Assembly: GCA_947258655.1 (NCBI GenBank)
Contig: CAMYJD010000018.1
Coordinates: forward strand, 3,294 to 67,293
DNA from: an uncultured Gammaproteobacteria bacterium
GTDB lineage: Bacteria; Pseudomonadota; Gammaproteobacteria; JAADHQ01
DNA length: 64,000 nucleotides
Reading direction: 5' to 3'
This document shows positions 29,699 through 39,940 of the stretch, in pieces. The position numbers and the translations under genes are program-made. Below the pieces are notes generated by a model. That model ran no database searches. It was not told the DNA's origin and saw only the letters and a list, made by a program, of their open reading frames with translations. Numbering within the stretch: position 1 is the stretch's first letter; every line of letters begins with the position of its first letter.

Positions 29699-30529
29699 TT
29701 AACAGCAACTGGTCTTATGTGGCTTGACTGCCTCGATGTATGCAGACACGACATAGTCCTCAACTCCACGCCCCGGCGCCCAGTCCTTGATGAACTCTCT
29801 GGACTCGTCTTTTGGCTTGATTGCGATATCGGTAAAACCGGACTCGCGCATCATTTGCGCGAGCGTATCGATTGTCGACGCTCCGGCCATGCACCCGGAA
29901 TACAATTGCAGGTCCTCGCGTATTTCATCCGGAAGTTCCATACTAGCAACGACATCGGATACGGCCAGACGCCCACCCGGTTTCAAAACCCGAAATGCCT
30001 CGCTGAACACGCGCGCCTTTTCCGGTGACAGATTGATAACGCAATTGGAAATAATCACATCGACCTCGGCATCGGCAACGGGCAGGTATTCGACTTCCCC
30101 GAGCCTGAACTCGACATTGGTATGGCCAGCCTTATCAGCATTGCTGCGCGCCTTGCTGATCATCGTCGGGGTCATGTCAACGCCGATGACTCGGCCCTGC
30201 GGCCCGACCTCGGCCACGGCCAGAAACGCATCAAAACCACCGCCACTACCGAGATCGAGCACGACCTCGCCAGCCTGCATAGCGGCAATTGCGCGCGGAT
30301 TGCCGCAACCCAGACCCATGTCGGCACCCGCGGGTACACTGTTCACATCGTCTTCGGAATAACCCATGCGCACAGAGTTGACCGCATTGATCTCCTGATC
30401 GGCTGCAACCCCGCAGCAACTCGACTCTACACCGCAACAATCGCCGGCATTGCTGGCCTCCGCCACTTCGGCATAACTGGCGCGTACATTCTGACGGATC
30501 TCGTCAGCTTCTCTCTGCTTCATTTTCAT
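29699..30529 (-). CDS. arsM: arsenite S-adenosylmethionine methyltransferase ArsM
   Basis: SAM-MTase motif 'VLDLGSGGGFD' and Cys-rich N-terminal region (CCGV..CCGV). Start taken at the internal MKMKQ. Confidence 0.75.
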   Translation of the reverse strand: MKMKQREADEIRQNVRASYAEVAEASNAGDCCGVESSCCGVAADQEINAVNSVRMGYSEDDVNSVPAGADMGLGCGNPRAIAAMQAGEVVLDLGSGGGFDAFLAVAEVGPQGRVIGVDMTPTMISKARSNADKAGHTNVEFRLGEVEYLPVADAEVDVIISNCVINLSPEKARVFSEAFRVLKPGGRLAVSDVVASMELPDEIREDLQLYSGCMAGASTIDTLAQMMRESGFTDIAIKPKDESREFIKDWAPGRGVEDYVVSAYIEAVKPHKTSCC

Positions 30530-30833
30530 GCTCCTGGTTTGCTGTAGCAAAAAACGCCGACAACCTGTGCAGCGTCTGTGGTTCGATCCAGCATTCAACG
30601 TTTTGCCCATTGCGACGCATACTGATCAGGCCGGCTCGATGCAGTTCCTTGATATGATGCGACAGCGTAGAGGCCGCCACATCCAGGTCCGAGCCCAGAT
30701 CACCGACACAGCGTACATTCAGGTCATCGTGACTGCAAAGCGTGCCTGGCGCACAGCACTGCGTCAGTTGCAGGAAGATCTGCAGCCTGTTCGGGTTTGA
30801 CAACGCCTTGAACATTGCAGGGAAATCCAGCAT
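30504..30833 (-). CDS. arsR: ArsR/SmtB family transcriptional repressor
   Basis: wHTH 'LSNPNRLQIFLQL...STLSHHIKELHRAGL'. Overlaps the arsM start. Start taken at the internal MLDF just downstream of a palindromic operator. Confidence 0.65.
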   Translation of the reverse strand: MLDFPAMFKALSNPNRLQIFLQLTQCCAPGTLCSHDDLNVRCVGDLGSDLDVAASTLSHHIKELHRAGLISMRRNGQNVECWIEPQTLHRLSAFFATANQEHENEAERS

Positions 30834-30840
30834 TTGCTTA

Positions 30841-30876
30841 TTTCTATAATTCGACATATATCGAATTATAGAAATA
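30841..30876. promoter_or_regulatory. 36-bp near-perfect palindrome (atttctataattcgaCatatatcgaattatagaaat), candidate ArsR operator
   Basis: Inverted repeat immediately upstream of the arsR start. Confidence 0.45.
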
Positions 30877-31163
30877 AGCGATATCATTGTCAAAATATTT
30901 ATTATTTTTTTCAGCAATCAGTGCTGAACACAGGCGCACAAATATTTCATGCGATTATAATCATTGACATAATCATTACATGTCTTCCACAAAATAACGT
31001 TCGTGCATCAACTAGTTATGACCGTTTCACATAATTGTTTCCGCTTACGCATGCATATATCAGCACATAAATCCCCAGCATCATCAACTACACCATGTCA
31101 CGCAAACAAATACTCCTCATATCATGTTATTCGTGAGTAATGCCGCAGTAGACGCAGATTTCT

Positions 31164-33410
31164 TTACTGACCTTTGTCGACCGGCAAGGTAAAGAAAATG
31201 GTTGCCCCCTTGTCAACCTCGGATTCTGCCCAGATGCGCCCACCGTGTCGGTGTATTATCCGCTGCACTGTTGCCAATCCAATGCCTGTACCGGCGAATT
31301 CCTCATCTGAATGAAGTCGCTGGAAGGTGCCGAATAACTTATCGGCATAACGCATATCGAAACCCGCACCGTTATCCTTGAAATAGAATATCTGCTCGCC
31401 GTCGTGCTCATATGCGCTGAATTCTATTTTTGCATACTCGCACTTGCTTGTGTATTTACTGGCATTATCCAGTAGATTAATCAGGGCAATATTCATTAAA
31501 TTCGGATCGGCATAGGCTTGCAAGCTTTCTGTTATATCAATCTCGATCTGGCGATCTAACAGGTTTTCCCTTAGTTGTTCATAGCTTGTTCTCACTAGAC
31601 CGCTCATATTGACAGTTTGCCGTTTCACTGGAGCTTGCGTAGTGCGGGACAGCATCAGCAAATCATCGATAAGTGCCGCCATACGCTGAGCTCCACCCCG
31701 TACTCGCTGCAAGAATTTTTTACCTTTCTGATCAAGTTGATCCGAGTAGTCTTCCAGCAGGACCTGACTGAATCCATCGATGGCACGTAGCGGTGCACAC
31801 AGATCATGGGAAACAGAGTAACTAAATGCCTCTAACTCCTTGTTCATCATTTCCAATTCCGTCGTGCGTTGTTCGACACGATCTTCCAGTTCTGTATTCA
31901 GGCTTCTGAGCTCTTCCTCGATTCGTTTGCGCTCGGTTATATCATCAAAAATACCAATGTAATGCGTGATGTTGCCCTCCTCATCTCTTAAAGCAGTGAT
32001 AGACAACCATTCAGGATACAGGATACCTTCCTTGGTATTGTTGATAATTTCACCTTGCCAGGCACCTCGCCGCCTGATCATCTTCCACATTTCTCTGTAG
32101 AAGTCTGCATCATGCAATCCTGATTGCAAGATTTTAGGAGTCCTCCCGATTACTTCTTCAAGAGAATACTTGGTGATTTTTGAAAACGATTTGTTCACAC
32201 GTAATATTTGCAAATCTGAATCGGTAATCATCATCCCCTGGCCGCTTTCTTCAAACAGACGGTTCGTCAGTCTCAGGGCGATATTTTTGTCCTGCAAGCT
32301 CGCAACCAATTCTGTCAGGGAGCGGGCAAACACCGCGATTTCATCCTGACCTGATGGTTGCGGGATCGGTATCGTCAAATCTTCTGTACGGATTTTGTCC
32401 GCGGCATCACTAACCTGCTCCAGCGGCCGGAGCTGACGGTTCAGCATAATCCACATCACCACCATGAATAGAGCAGCGATAGCCATACCGAGAATGCTGA
32501 TATTGTTTGCCAGCCTATCAGCGGGGGCAAATGCCACGGCTTCAGCCTTACGCGCCACGACGACCCACCCCATACGTGGATTATTTTCGATTTGTGGTTC
32601 TGCCACCGCCGCAGTCAAATAGGTTTTGCCATCAGGCCATAGCTCGACATCAGGGTGTATATCTTCTGAGGCTGCTTGCTGGAAAGCGCGCAAACCCTGT
32701 AAATCGACCTTCAATGAAGGTAGTTCAGGCGTCCCCATCAGGACCTTGCCAGCTTTATTCAACACCACCAGATCAATGTTTCTGTCCTTCAGTTTCGCCA
32801 ACATGCGCGAACGCACCTCAAACGCCCAATCCAGGCTCAAGTGTCCGGCAATCACCCCGAGTAAGCGGCCATCTCTATCCCGCAATGGCATGGAAATATC
32901 GACCAGTCTGAGTGGCAGGTCATCATATTTCGGTGGCGGCATCAGCTTTGCCAGCAGAAAGGCGTCATGTGCGTCACCATAGTGCAGCCCCTTGCTACCT
33001 TCGAGGAACCAGCTTCGTGTGGCGACACTCTTACCTTCTGCCAGACCTCCGGTAGCGACTGTGATCGTACCATTGACATCGGTCAGCCCGAGCCAGGCAT
33101 AATGGGGATCAGCTTGCTTGACTTGCTCAAGCAAGCTGCGTTTACCTTCCCACGGTACTGTTGTTGACTGGATTGGCTCAAGTTTAGCCGCAAAGGCAAT
33201 CTGATTGGCACGTGTGTTCAGGTCCTCGCTCAGTCGAGATGCCATTCTTAGTGAGACTTCCTTCAGTAAACCGCCCTGGTCACGTTCGATCTGTGACCTG
33301 CTGAAATGACCGGCAACCTGACTGAGCGATAGAACACCCAATAGCGCCAATCCGCCAATCATCATGGCGAGCCTCAGCTTCAAACTTTTGCTCTTAAACG
33401 CAAATTGCAC
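31164..33410 (-). CDS. sensor histidine kinase (periplasmic Cache-like domain, HAMP, PAS, HisKA, HATPase)
   Basis: Two TM segments flank a large periplasmic domain. PAS region, H-box 'SHDLCAPLRAI', G-boxes. Confidence 0.75.
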   Translation of the reverse strand: MQFAFKSKSLKLRLAMMIGGLALLGVLSLSQVAGHFSRSQIERDQGGLLKEVSLRMASRLSEDLNTRANQIAFAAKLEPIQSTTVPWEGKRSLLEQVKQADPHYAWLGLTDVNGTITVATGGLAEGKSVATRSWFLEGSKGLHYGDAHDAFLLAKLMPPPKYDDLPLRLVDISMPLRDRDGRLLGVIAGHLSLDWAFEVRSRMLAKLKDRNIDLVVLNKAGKVLMGTPELPSLKVDLQGLRAFQQAASEDIHPDVELWPDGKTYLTAAVAEPQIENNPRMGWVVVARKAEAVAFAPADRLANNISILGMAIAALFMVVMWIMLNRQLRPLEQVSDAADKIRTEDLTIPIPQPSGQDEIAVFARSLTELVASLQDKNIALRLTNRLFEESGQGMMITDSDLQILRVNKSFSKITKYSLEEVIGRTPKILQSGLHDADFYREMWKMIRRRGAWQGEIINNTKEGILYPEWLSITALRDEEGNITHYIGIFDDITERKRIEEELRSLNTELEDRVEQRTTELEMMNKELEAFSYSVSHDLCAPLRAIDGFSQVLLEDYSDQLDQKGKKFLQRVRGGAQRMAALIDDLLMLSRTTQAPVKRQTVNMSGLVRTSYEQLRENLLDRQIEIDITESLQAYADPNLMNIALINLLDNASKYTSKCEYAKIEFSAYEHDGEQIFYFKDNGAGFDMRYADKLFGTFQRLHSDEEFAGTGIGLATVQRIIHRHGGRIWAESEVDKGATIFFTLPVDKGQ

Positions 33411-33688
33411 TAAATATCCTTAATATTGCACACTTAGCGACCGGCGAGTTGTCCCAATTGCTTATTACTTAACTATAGACGGAGAATAGAAAGAGTGGAA
33501 ATTCAAACCCCCCAATTTTTATTTAAAACCACACTGCAAAGTTGGAATCCAGTAGACCGTCCGCACCCTTGCGTTGCTGACCTGACAACGTCCCTGTCAG
33601 TCATAGAATTATCGAATCATGAAGATAATGAAGAGGAGCCGCATGGTTCAAGTACAACGCTACGGTTCTTGCACACGCTCAACCAGGA

Positions 33689-34921
33689 TTAGAGACTTCT
33701 ACGCTGGTCCTGCAATCTGAATCCCAGCAGTTCCTGATCCATATCCTTGCCGACCGCCATGACCTTGAAGCGTTCACCCATCTCACTGGGCAGGGTCAGG
33801 GTCTTGACCTGTTGGGCAAAGGCCATCAGTTCCTGCTGCGATACCTTATCGGGATCCGGCATCATGCCCTCCAGTCCATTCTCAAGCAAAAAACCGCACT
33901 GGGTCGTATAACCGAGCAATTGCATACCATTGTTGACCGCAGCCTCGGCCACAGCGGTGAAATCGACATAGGCGGTGATGTCCTGCAAGCCGATATAATG
34001 GAACGGATCATCATGGGCGCGATGGCGAAAATGACACAGCAATGTGCCCATGGTGCGTTGCGGGTGATAATACTCGGGGCGACCATAGCCATAATCGATT
34101 AACAACACGACCCCCTGCTCGAGTATATCGCCAACACTACGCAACCATGCGCGTTGCGCCAATGACAGCTCGGAATGATAGCCAGGCGGAAAAGTATATC
34201 CCACACTCTGCTGGACATGATCCACAGCCGCGCCGAGTTCCTCGCTCGCGTCCAGCGCTTGCAACACAAAGCGTGTTTCGTCCGCCGACCAGGTGACGCC
34301 TAATTCGCTGATGCCGGACTCGTCACAGCTAAATCGCTGTACCGGCATCGCATCCAGTAATTCATTGGCCAGCACGATACCGCGAAAGCCCGCTTCAGGC
34401 AGGGTATGCAGCCATTGCACGCGCTCAAGCAGGTGTGGAACGCATGCTTGCAAAGTCTGGTACTGACGTTGCTGTAACTCGGCACTGAGCTCAACGATCA
34501 GGTAGTGTGATGGCAGCGCATTGCGCTCATCCAGTTCCTGTAATATGTCCGCTGCCATACGCCCGCTGCCGGCGCCGAACTCGAGTATCTTGCCATCATC
34601 GACAGAGGACAGGGCGCGCTGACAAAAATTGGCCAGACAACGCCCGAACAACGGTGACACCTCGGGCGCGGTAATAAAGTCGCCCTGCGCGCCAAATTTG
34701 CGCAGGCCCGATGTGTAGTAACCCAGACCCGGTTCATACAGGGCCATGCGCATGAACCGATCGAAACCGATGACACCACCCTGGGATGCTATCGTTTCGC
34801 GGATAAGGGCTTGCAGGCGTTCACTCTGTGCACGCATCGCCTCATCGACCTCGGGCAGTTGCGATGCTGCATTACTCGCCGTGGTTAGCTGCTGGTGGAA
34901 ATCACGTGGTTTGTCTGTCAT
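33689..34921 (-). CDS. MidA/NDUFAF7-like class I SAM-dependent methyltransferase (DUF185)
   Basis: COG1565 family signature 'ILEFGAGSG'. Confidence 0.65.
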   Translation of the reverse strand: MTDKPRDFHQQLTTASNAASQLPEVDEAMRAQSERLQALIRETIASQGGVIGFDRFMRMALYEPGLGYYTSGLRKFGAQGDFITAPEVSPLFGRCLANFCQRALSSVDDGKILEFGAGSGRMAADILQELDERNALPSHYLIVELSAELQQRQYQTLQACVPHLLERVQWLHTLPEAGFRGIVLANELLDAMPVQRFSCDESGISELGVTWSADETRFVLQALDASEELGAAVDHVQQSVGYTFPPGYHSELSLAQRAWLRSVGDILEQGVVLLIDYGYGRPEYYHPQRTMGTLLCHFRHRAHDDPFHYIGLQDITAYVDFTAVAEAAVNNGMQLLGYTTQCGFLLENGLEGMMPDPDKVSQQELMAFAQQVKTLTLPSEMGERFKVMAVGKDMDQELLGFRLQDQRRSL

Positions 34922-34969
34922 TTGCCTGAATAATCCCGTTACTACCCGTGCACGGCTTTTTAAGGTAAA

Positions 34970-35749
34970 GTGGTGCTCAAATTCCTGTTACGGAGACAGA
35001 ATTTGCCCGATCCACTCGAAAATAAAACAATATTGATCACCGGTGGTGCCCACCGCATCGGCGCGCATATGGCAAAAACCCTGCATCAACAGGGCGCTAA
35101 TATAGTACTTCACTACCGAAACAGCAAAGATACTGCAGAATCACTGCAATCCGATCTGAATACGCAACGACCCGAATCCGTCTTCCTGGTGCAGGGCGAC
35201 CTGCTCGATAGTGGCAACATCGACGACATCGTCGAACATACACTGCAGCAGGCCGACCATCTCGATGTGTTGATCAACAATGCATCGTCATTCTACCCGA
35301 CACCGGTCGGCAGCGTCAGCGAGCAACACTGGGATGACCTTGTCGGTACCAATATGAAGGCGCCATTCTTTTTGTCACAGGCAGCAGCGCCACACCTGCA
35401 AAAGCAACACGGCTGTATTGTCAATATCGTCGACATCCATGCCGAGCGCCCGCTCAGACAACACCCGGTCTATAGCATGGCCAAGGCCGGCCTGGTCATG
35501 ATGACACGCGCACTGGCCTGTGAACTGGGACCCGAAGTGCGTGTCAATGCGATAGCGCCGGGCGCGATACTGTGGCCGGATACCGACATGGACGCTGCCA
35601 CCAGGGAGAAAATCATCTCGCGTACCTTCCTGAAGAGAAAGGGAGATCCGCATGATATTGCCAAAACCGCGTTATTTCTGATTAAAGATGCTACCTATAT
35701 GAGCGGCCAGGTGCTCACCGTTGATGGTGGACGATCACTGAATTCATAG
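34970..35749 (+). CDS. SDR-family pteridine reductase-like oxidoreductase
   Basis: 'ITGGAHRIG' Rossmann motif and 'YSMAKAG' catalytic motif. The start codon may be further downstream (TTG at about 35003). Confidence 0.6.
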   Translation: MVLKFLLRRQNLPDPLENKTILITGGAHRIGAHMAKTLHQQGANIVLHYRNSKDTAESLQSDLNTQRPESVFLVQGDLLDSGNIDDIVEHTLQQADHLDVLINNASSFYPTPVGSVSEQHWDDLVGTNMKAPFFLSQAAAPHLQKQHGCIVNIVDIHAERPLRQHPVYSMAKAGLVMMTRALACELGPEVRVNAIAPGAILWPDTDMDAATREKIISRTFLKRKGDPHDIAKTALFLIKDATYMSGQVLTVDGGRSLNS

Positions 35750-35755
35750 GAAATC

Positions 35756-36268
35756 ATGAATACCAACGAAAATCCAATCATTCTCGACATTGAGGCATCC
35801 GGTTTCGGCACGGGTAGCTACCCGGTTGAAGTTGGTTTTGCATTACCCGACAAAAACACCCACTGCTACCTGGTAAGACCGCTGGAAAGCTGGACCCACT
35901 GGAACCTGGGCGCAGAAGAGGTACATGGCATCAGCCGTGATATCCTTCTGCAAAAGGGCCAGGCAGTCGGCGAGATCGCCGAGCAACTCAATCTCTATCT
36001 GGGCAACAAGACCGTCTACAGCGATGGCTGGGGCTATGATCTGAGCTGGATTGCGCTATTGTTCGATGCCGCACAAGTCCCGATGAATTTTCATATCGAG
36101 ACGCTGTATGCCTTACTCCAGGACGATCAACTGGTTTTGTGGGAAAAAACCCGTCGCGCCGTCATCGAGGACCTCGGCATCAAGCGCCACCGCGCCAGTT
36201 CCGATGCGCGTATTATCCAGGAGACCTATATCCGCACACGCGACAAGCTCAGAGAGCAGTCGCTGTAA
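35756..36268 (+). CDS. DEDD-family 3'-5' exonuclease-like protein
   Basis: 'ILDIEASGF' Exo I motif and C-terminal 'H..SD' motif. Confidence 0.55.
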   Translation: MNTNENPIILDIEASGFGTGSYPVEVGFALPDKNTHCYLVRPLESWTHWNLGAEEVHGISRDILLQKGQAVGEIAEQLNLYLGNKTVYSDGWGYDLSWIALLFDAAQVPMNFHIETLYALLQDDQLVLWEKTRRAVIEDLGIKRHRASSDARIIQETYIRTRDKLREQSL

Positions 36269-36321
36269 TACGTTTACAGCTTTTTGTCTGATCATTACGC
36301 ACAGAGAACTACACTGACAAA

Positions 36322-36810
36322 TCAGGCAATCCCCAGATCAACAACCGTCATTGATTGCTTCGGTTCGAATGTCTGCCAAAGCTCACGCATGGTTTTATGC
36401 AATTCAGGATGAATCAGGTCCGGGGCCAGTTCCGCCAGGGGTTTTAATACAAAGGCATAGCGGGTGATCTCGTCACGCGGGACATCGAGCCCTTCTTCTT
36501 TCAGCACCCGGTCGTCATACAGTAACAGATCAACATCGAGTGTACGTGAACTGAAACGTTCGCCACCACGAACACGACCATGCTCCGATTCTATTTTACG
36601 AAACACCGGCCCCAGTTCACGCGGCTGTAATTCGGTATGAAAACCAACGACGAGATTGTAAAAGTTATCGCCATCAAAGCCGACGGCCTCGTTTTCATAA
36701 ACCGCGGAGACCCACAGTTCACCGAACTGGTCTCGCAGAGACTGTAGACAGGAAACGATATTCCTGCGCCGCTCAACATTACTGCCAATACTGACATAAA
36801 CCATGGCCAT
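36322..36810 (-). CDS. folK: 2-amino-4-hydroxy-6-hydroxymethyldihydropteridine pyrophosphokinase FolK
   Basis: 'VYVSIGSN', 'RTLDVDLL'. Lies 2 nt downstream of the folB stop. Confidence 0.85.
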   Translation of the reverse strand: MAMVYVSIGSNVERRRNIVSCLQSLRDQFGELWVSAVYENEAVGFDGDNFYNLVVGFHTELQPRELGPVFRKIESEHGRVRGGERFSSRTLDVDLLLYDDRVLKEEGLDVPRDEITRYAFVLKPLAELAPDLIHPELHKTMRELWQTFEPKQSMTVVDLGIA

Positions 36811-36812
36811 GC

Positions 36813-37178
36813 TTATGCCTGGGTCGGCCGCGTGCCGCGCTCTATGATGATGCCAACACCACGCGCACCCGTGATAGCACCGAGTTTGTTTAGCGTCAGC
36901 CGCAGCCACGGCACATTAAACTCATCCAGTATGATCTCGGCAACACGTTCAGCCAGCGTTTCCACGAGCTCGAATTTGCTGTCTTCGACAAAACCTATAA
37001 TACGTTTGGCAACGGCCTTGTAGTTCAGCGTATCATCGATATGATCGCTGGCGGCGGCCTTGCGAATATCGGCAGCCATCTCGATATCAAATACAACCTT
37101 TTGCTTGATCTTGCGCTCCCAGTCATAGATACCGATAACGGTGTCTATTTCGAGTGCCTGTAAAAAAATTATATCCAT
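36813..37178 (-). CDS. folB: dihydroneopterin aldolase FolB
   Basis: FolB family, 121 aa. 'GIYDWER' motif. Confidence 0.85.
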   Translation of the reverse strand: MDIIFLQALEIDTVIGIYDWERKIKQKVVFDIEMAADIRKAAASDHIDDTLNYKAVAKRIIGFVEDSKFELVETLAERVAEIILDEFNVPWLRLTLNKLGAITGARGVGIIIERGTRPTQA

Positions 37179-37325
37179 GACGAATCCAGTTGTTATTCAT
37201 TCATGCCGCCAGTTGCAGGGTGACGGCTTGTAGTCCGGGCAATATAGCGATTTACTGGCGCAGATGCCAGTCAGGCAAGCAGATAAGCCTTGACCTGATC
37301 TGGCGTTACGGTTCCAATATGCTCC

Positions 37326-37916
37326 ATGCTTGCGATGTTAACAGATCATTACCTGTGGTTGCTGTTCGGTTATTTGCTCGGCTCGGTATCGAGTGCGATT
37401 ATCGCCTGCCATCTGGCCGGGTTGCCTGACCCGCGCACACAGGGCTCCGGGAATCCTGGCGCGACCAATGTGCTCAGGGTCGGTGGCAGGAGAATCGCCG
37501 CTTTGACGCTGGCCGGCGATATTATCAAGGGTGTGATTCCGGTCCTGATAGCGAAGCTGTATGGCGCCAGTCTCGACCTGCAGATCACAATAGGGCTGGC
37601 CACATTTCTGGGCCATCTGTACCCGGTGTTCTTCCATTTCAAGGGAGGCAAGGGAGTCGCCACTGCCATCGGGGTACTGATTACGGCGTCATGGCCTGTC
37701 GGTCTGAGCACGGTGGCGACCTGGCTGTTTGTCGCCAAGGTCATGCGTATTTCATCATTATCGGCGTTGATCGCATTCCTGCTAACACCGCTGTATGCAT
37801 GGTGGCTGGAGCCGGGGCAGACCTATTTTCTGACGCTTGTCTGTATCATGTCGGTCATGCTGTTCTGGCGCCATCGCAGCAATATCCGCAAACTGCTGGC
37901 CGGCACCGAGACCTGA
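37326..37916 (+). CDS. plsY: glycerol-3-phosphate acyltransferase PlsY
   Basis: 'SGNPGATNVLR' signature motif. Confidence 0.85.
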   Translation: MLAMLTDHYLWLLFGYLLGSVSSAIIACHLAGLPDPRTQGSGNPGATNVLRVGGRRIAALTLAGDIIKGVIPVLIAKLYGASLDLQITIGLATFLGHLYPVFFHFKGGKGVATAIGVLITASWPVGLSTVATWLFVAKVMRISSLSALIAFLLTPLYAWWLEPGQTYFLTLVCIMSVMLFWRHRSNIRKLLAGTET

Positions 37917-37921
37917 GCAGC

Positions 37922-38935
37922 CTACAGCGCGTCCAGATCCTGCAATTGCCAACGTGGCCTGGCCTCGATCGTAGCGCTAGCATACTGGCCTGCCTGCAGG
38001 CGCAGACAACCGGCATAAGCGATCATCGCACCGTTATCGGTACAGAATTCCAGGCGCGGGTAGTATACCTTCGCCTGCTGATCTGCAGCCAGTTTGTCCA
38101 GGCGTTGACGCAGGCGGGTATTGGCACTGACCCCACCCGACACCACGAGCCTGTGCAATCCGGTTTGCTGTAGCGCACGCCGGCACTTGATCGCCAGTGT
38201 ATCGACGACGGCCTCCTGAAAGGCATGGGCGATATCGGCACGGGCCTGGGCACCCTTGTCAGAGGCATTCCAGGTATTCAGGGCATAGGTCTTCAGGCCA
38301 CTGAAGCTGAAATCCAGGCCCGGACGGTCGGTCATCGGTCGCGGAAATTTATAGATATCCGCACGTCCCTGTTCCGCCAAGCGTGCCAGTTCCGGTCCGC
38401 CCGGGTATGGTAATCCGAGCATTTTCGCGGTCTTGTCAAAGGCCTCGCCAACGGCATCATCGACACTGTCACCGAGTAAACGGTACTGACCGACTGCATC
38501 GACCTGGATCAGCATACTGTGCCCACCCGACACCAGCAGGGCAATAAACGGAAATGAGGGCGGATCGGCCTCGAGCATCGGCGCCAGCAGGTGACCTTCC
38601 ATATGATGGACAGGGATGGCCGGCCGCGCCAGGGTCCAGGCCAGCGAGCGGCCGATGGAGGCCCCGACCAGCAGCGCGCCAACCAGCCCCGGGCCGGCCG
38701 TATAGGCGATGCCGTCGATATCCGTCAACTCCAGGCCGGTTTGATCAAATAACTTATTAATCAATGGGATAGTCTTGCGTATATGATCACGCGAGGCCAG
38801 TTCCGGGACCACGCCGCCATATTCTGCATGCAACTTGATCTGGCTATACAGTACATGCCCGAGCAGGCCGGCGTCACTGTCGTAGATCGCAACCCCGGTC
38901 TCGTCACATGATGATTCAATCCCTAATACGCGCAT
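37922..38935 (-). CDS. tsaD: tRNA N6-adenosine threonylcarbamoyltransferase TsaD
   Basis: '[18 protein letters not shown]' N-terminus. Divergent from rpsU as in E. coli. Confidence 0.9.
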   Translation of the reverse strand: MRVLGIESSCDETGVAIYDSDAGLLGHVLYSQIKLHAEYGGVVPELASRDHIRKTIPLINKLFDQTGLELTDIDGIAYTAGPGLVGALLVGASIGRSLAWTLARPAIPVHHMEGHLLAPMLEADPPSFPFIALLVSGGHSMLIQVDAVGQYRLLGDSVDDAVGEAFDKTAKMLGLPYPGGPELARLAEQGRADIYKFPRPMTDRPGLDFSFSGLKTYALNTWNASDKGAQARADIAHAFQEAVVDTLAIKCRRALQQTGLHRLVVSGGVSANTRLRQRLDKLAADQQAKVYYPRLEFCTDNGAMIAYAGCLRLQAGQYASATIEARPRWQLQDLDAL

Positions 38936-39068
38936 AATTGACTCTATTTTAATCCGGATTAACAAAAACTGCTTTGATTTTTTACAGTTGTAGCTGTATT
39001 ATTGCCTGCTCCGTCCCAACTGGGCCGGATTTTTTAACGCTATCATCAACTTCAAGGTTATAAAGTTT

Positions 39069-39284
39069 ATGCCAAACGTACGAGTCCGTGACAACGAACC
39101 TTTTGATATTGCCCTGCGTCGCTTCAAGCGTGCCTGTGAAAAGGCAGGTGTTCTTTCCGAAGTTCGCCGTCGTGAATTTTATGAGAAGCCAACTGCAGAA
39201 CGCAAGCGCAAACAGGCTGCAGCCGTCAAGCGTCACCAGAAAAAGATCTTTCGTTCAAACGCCCGCAGGGTACGCATGTATTAA
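39069..39284 (+). CDS. rpsU: 30S ribosomal protein S21
   Basis: [21 protein letters not shown]... is near-identical to bacterial S21. Confidence 0.95.
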   Translation: MPNVRVRDNEPFDIALRRFKRACEKAGVLSEVRRREFYEKPTAERKRKQAAAVKRHQKKIFRSNARRVRMY

Positions 39285-39342
39285 GCAAGCCTGGTAAGTC
39301 GACTGTCTGTTCCATCATACAGTCACATCGGAGTACACCGCC

Positions 39343-39792
39343 ATGCCACTTAAGCAGCAAATTTCCAACGAAATGAAGAATGCCATGCGTTCCGGCGACA
39401 AGCCACGCCTGGGCACTATTCGCCTTATCCTGGCCGCAATCAAACAGATCGAAGTTGATGAACGCGTCGCCGACCTTGCCGACGAACGTGTGCTCGCATG
39501 CCTCGACAAGATGGCCAAGCAACGGCGCGAGTCGATCACCCAGTTCGAAAAGGCCGAACGCAACGACCTCGCCGACCAGGAAAAAGCCGAACTGAAGATC
39601 ATCCAGGAATTCCTGCCCGCAGCACTGGATGACAGCGAAATCGATGCCATGATTGCCGCTGCGATCTCCGCGAGCGGTGCCAGCAACATCAAGGACATGG
39701 GCAAGGTCATGGGCATCCTCAAACCGCAAATGCAGGGCCGCGCCGACATGGGCAAGGTCAGCGGTCTTATCAAGGCCAAGCTTTCCGCTTGA
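39343..39792 (+). CDS. GatB/YqeY domain protein
   Basis: YqeY family. Located between rpsU and dnaG as in many Proteobacteria. Confidence 0.85.
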   Translation: MPLKQQISNEMKNAMRSGDKPRLGTIRLILAAIKQIEVDERVADLADERVLACLDKMAKQRRESITQFEKAERNDLADQEKAELKIIQEFLPAALDDSEIDAMIAAAISASGASNIKDMGKVMGILKPQMQGRADMGKVSGLIKAKLSA

Positions 39793-39875
39793 CCTTGAGT
39801 AGCTAGTGGCGAGTTGCTAGTAGCTAGAAAATCTCATACATCACAACACATTTTTCCTCGCTACTAGCTACTGCC
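39791..39875. repeat. REP-like element of the 'GCTAGTGGCGAG' family
   Basis: 'gagtagctagtggcgagttgctagtagctag ... cctcgctactagctactg' inverted repeats. Confidence 0.55.
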
Positions 39876-39940
39876 AAAAAGAACCGAAATATAAAATCAC
39901 CCTCTTGTACCTTTTCCCGTGAGCCATTAACCTCCCCCAC

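Noticed and set aside
33495-33692. 65-aa ORF between the sensor kinase and the MidA-like gene
   Set aside because: It is short, has no RBS or motif, and lies in a promoter region. It is probably spurious.
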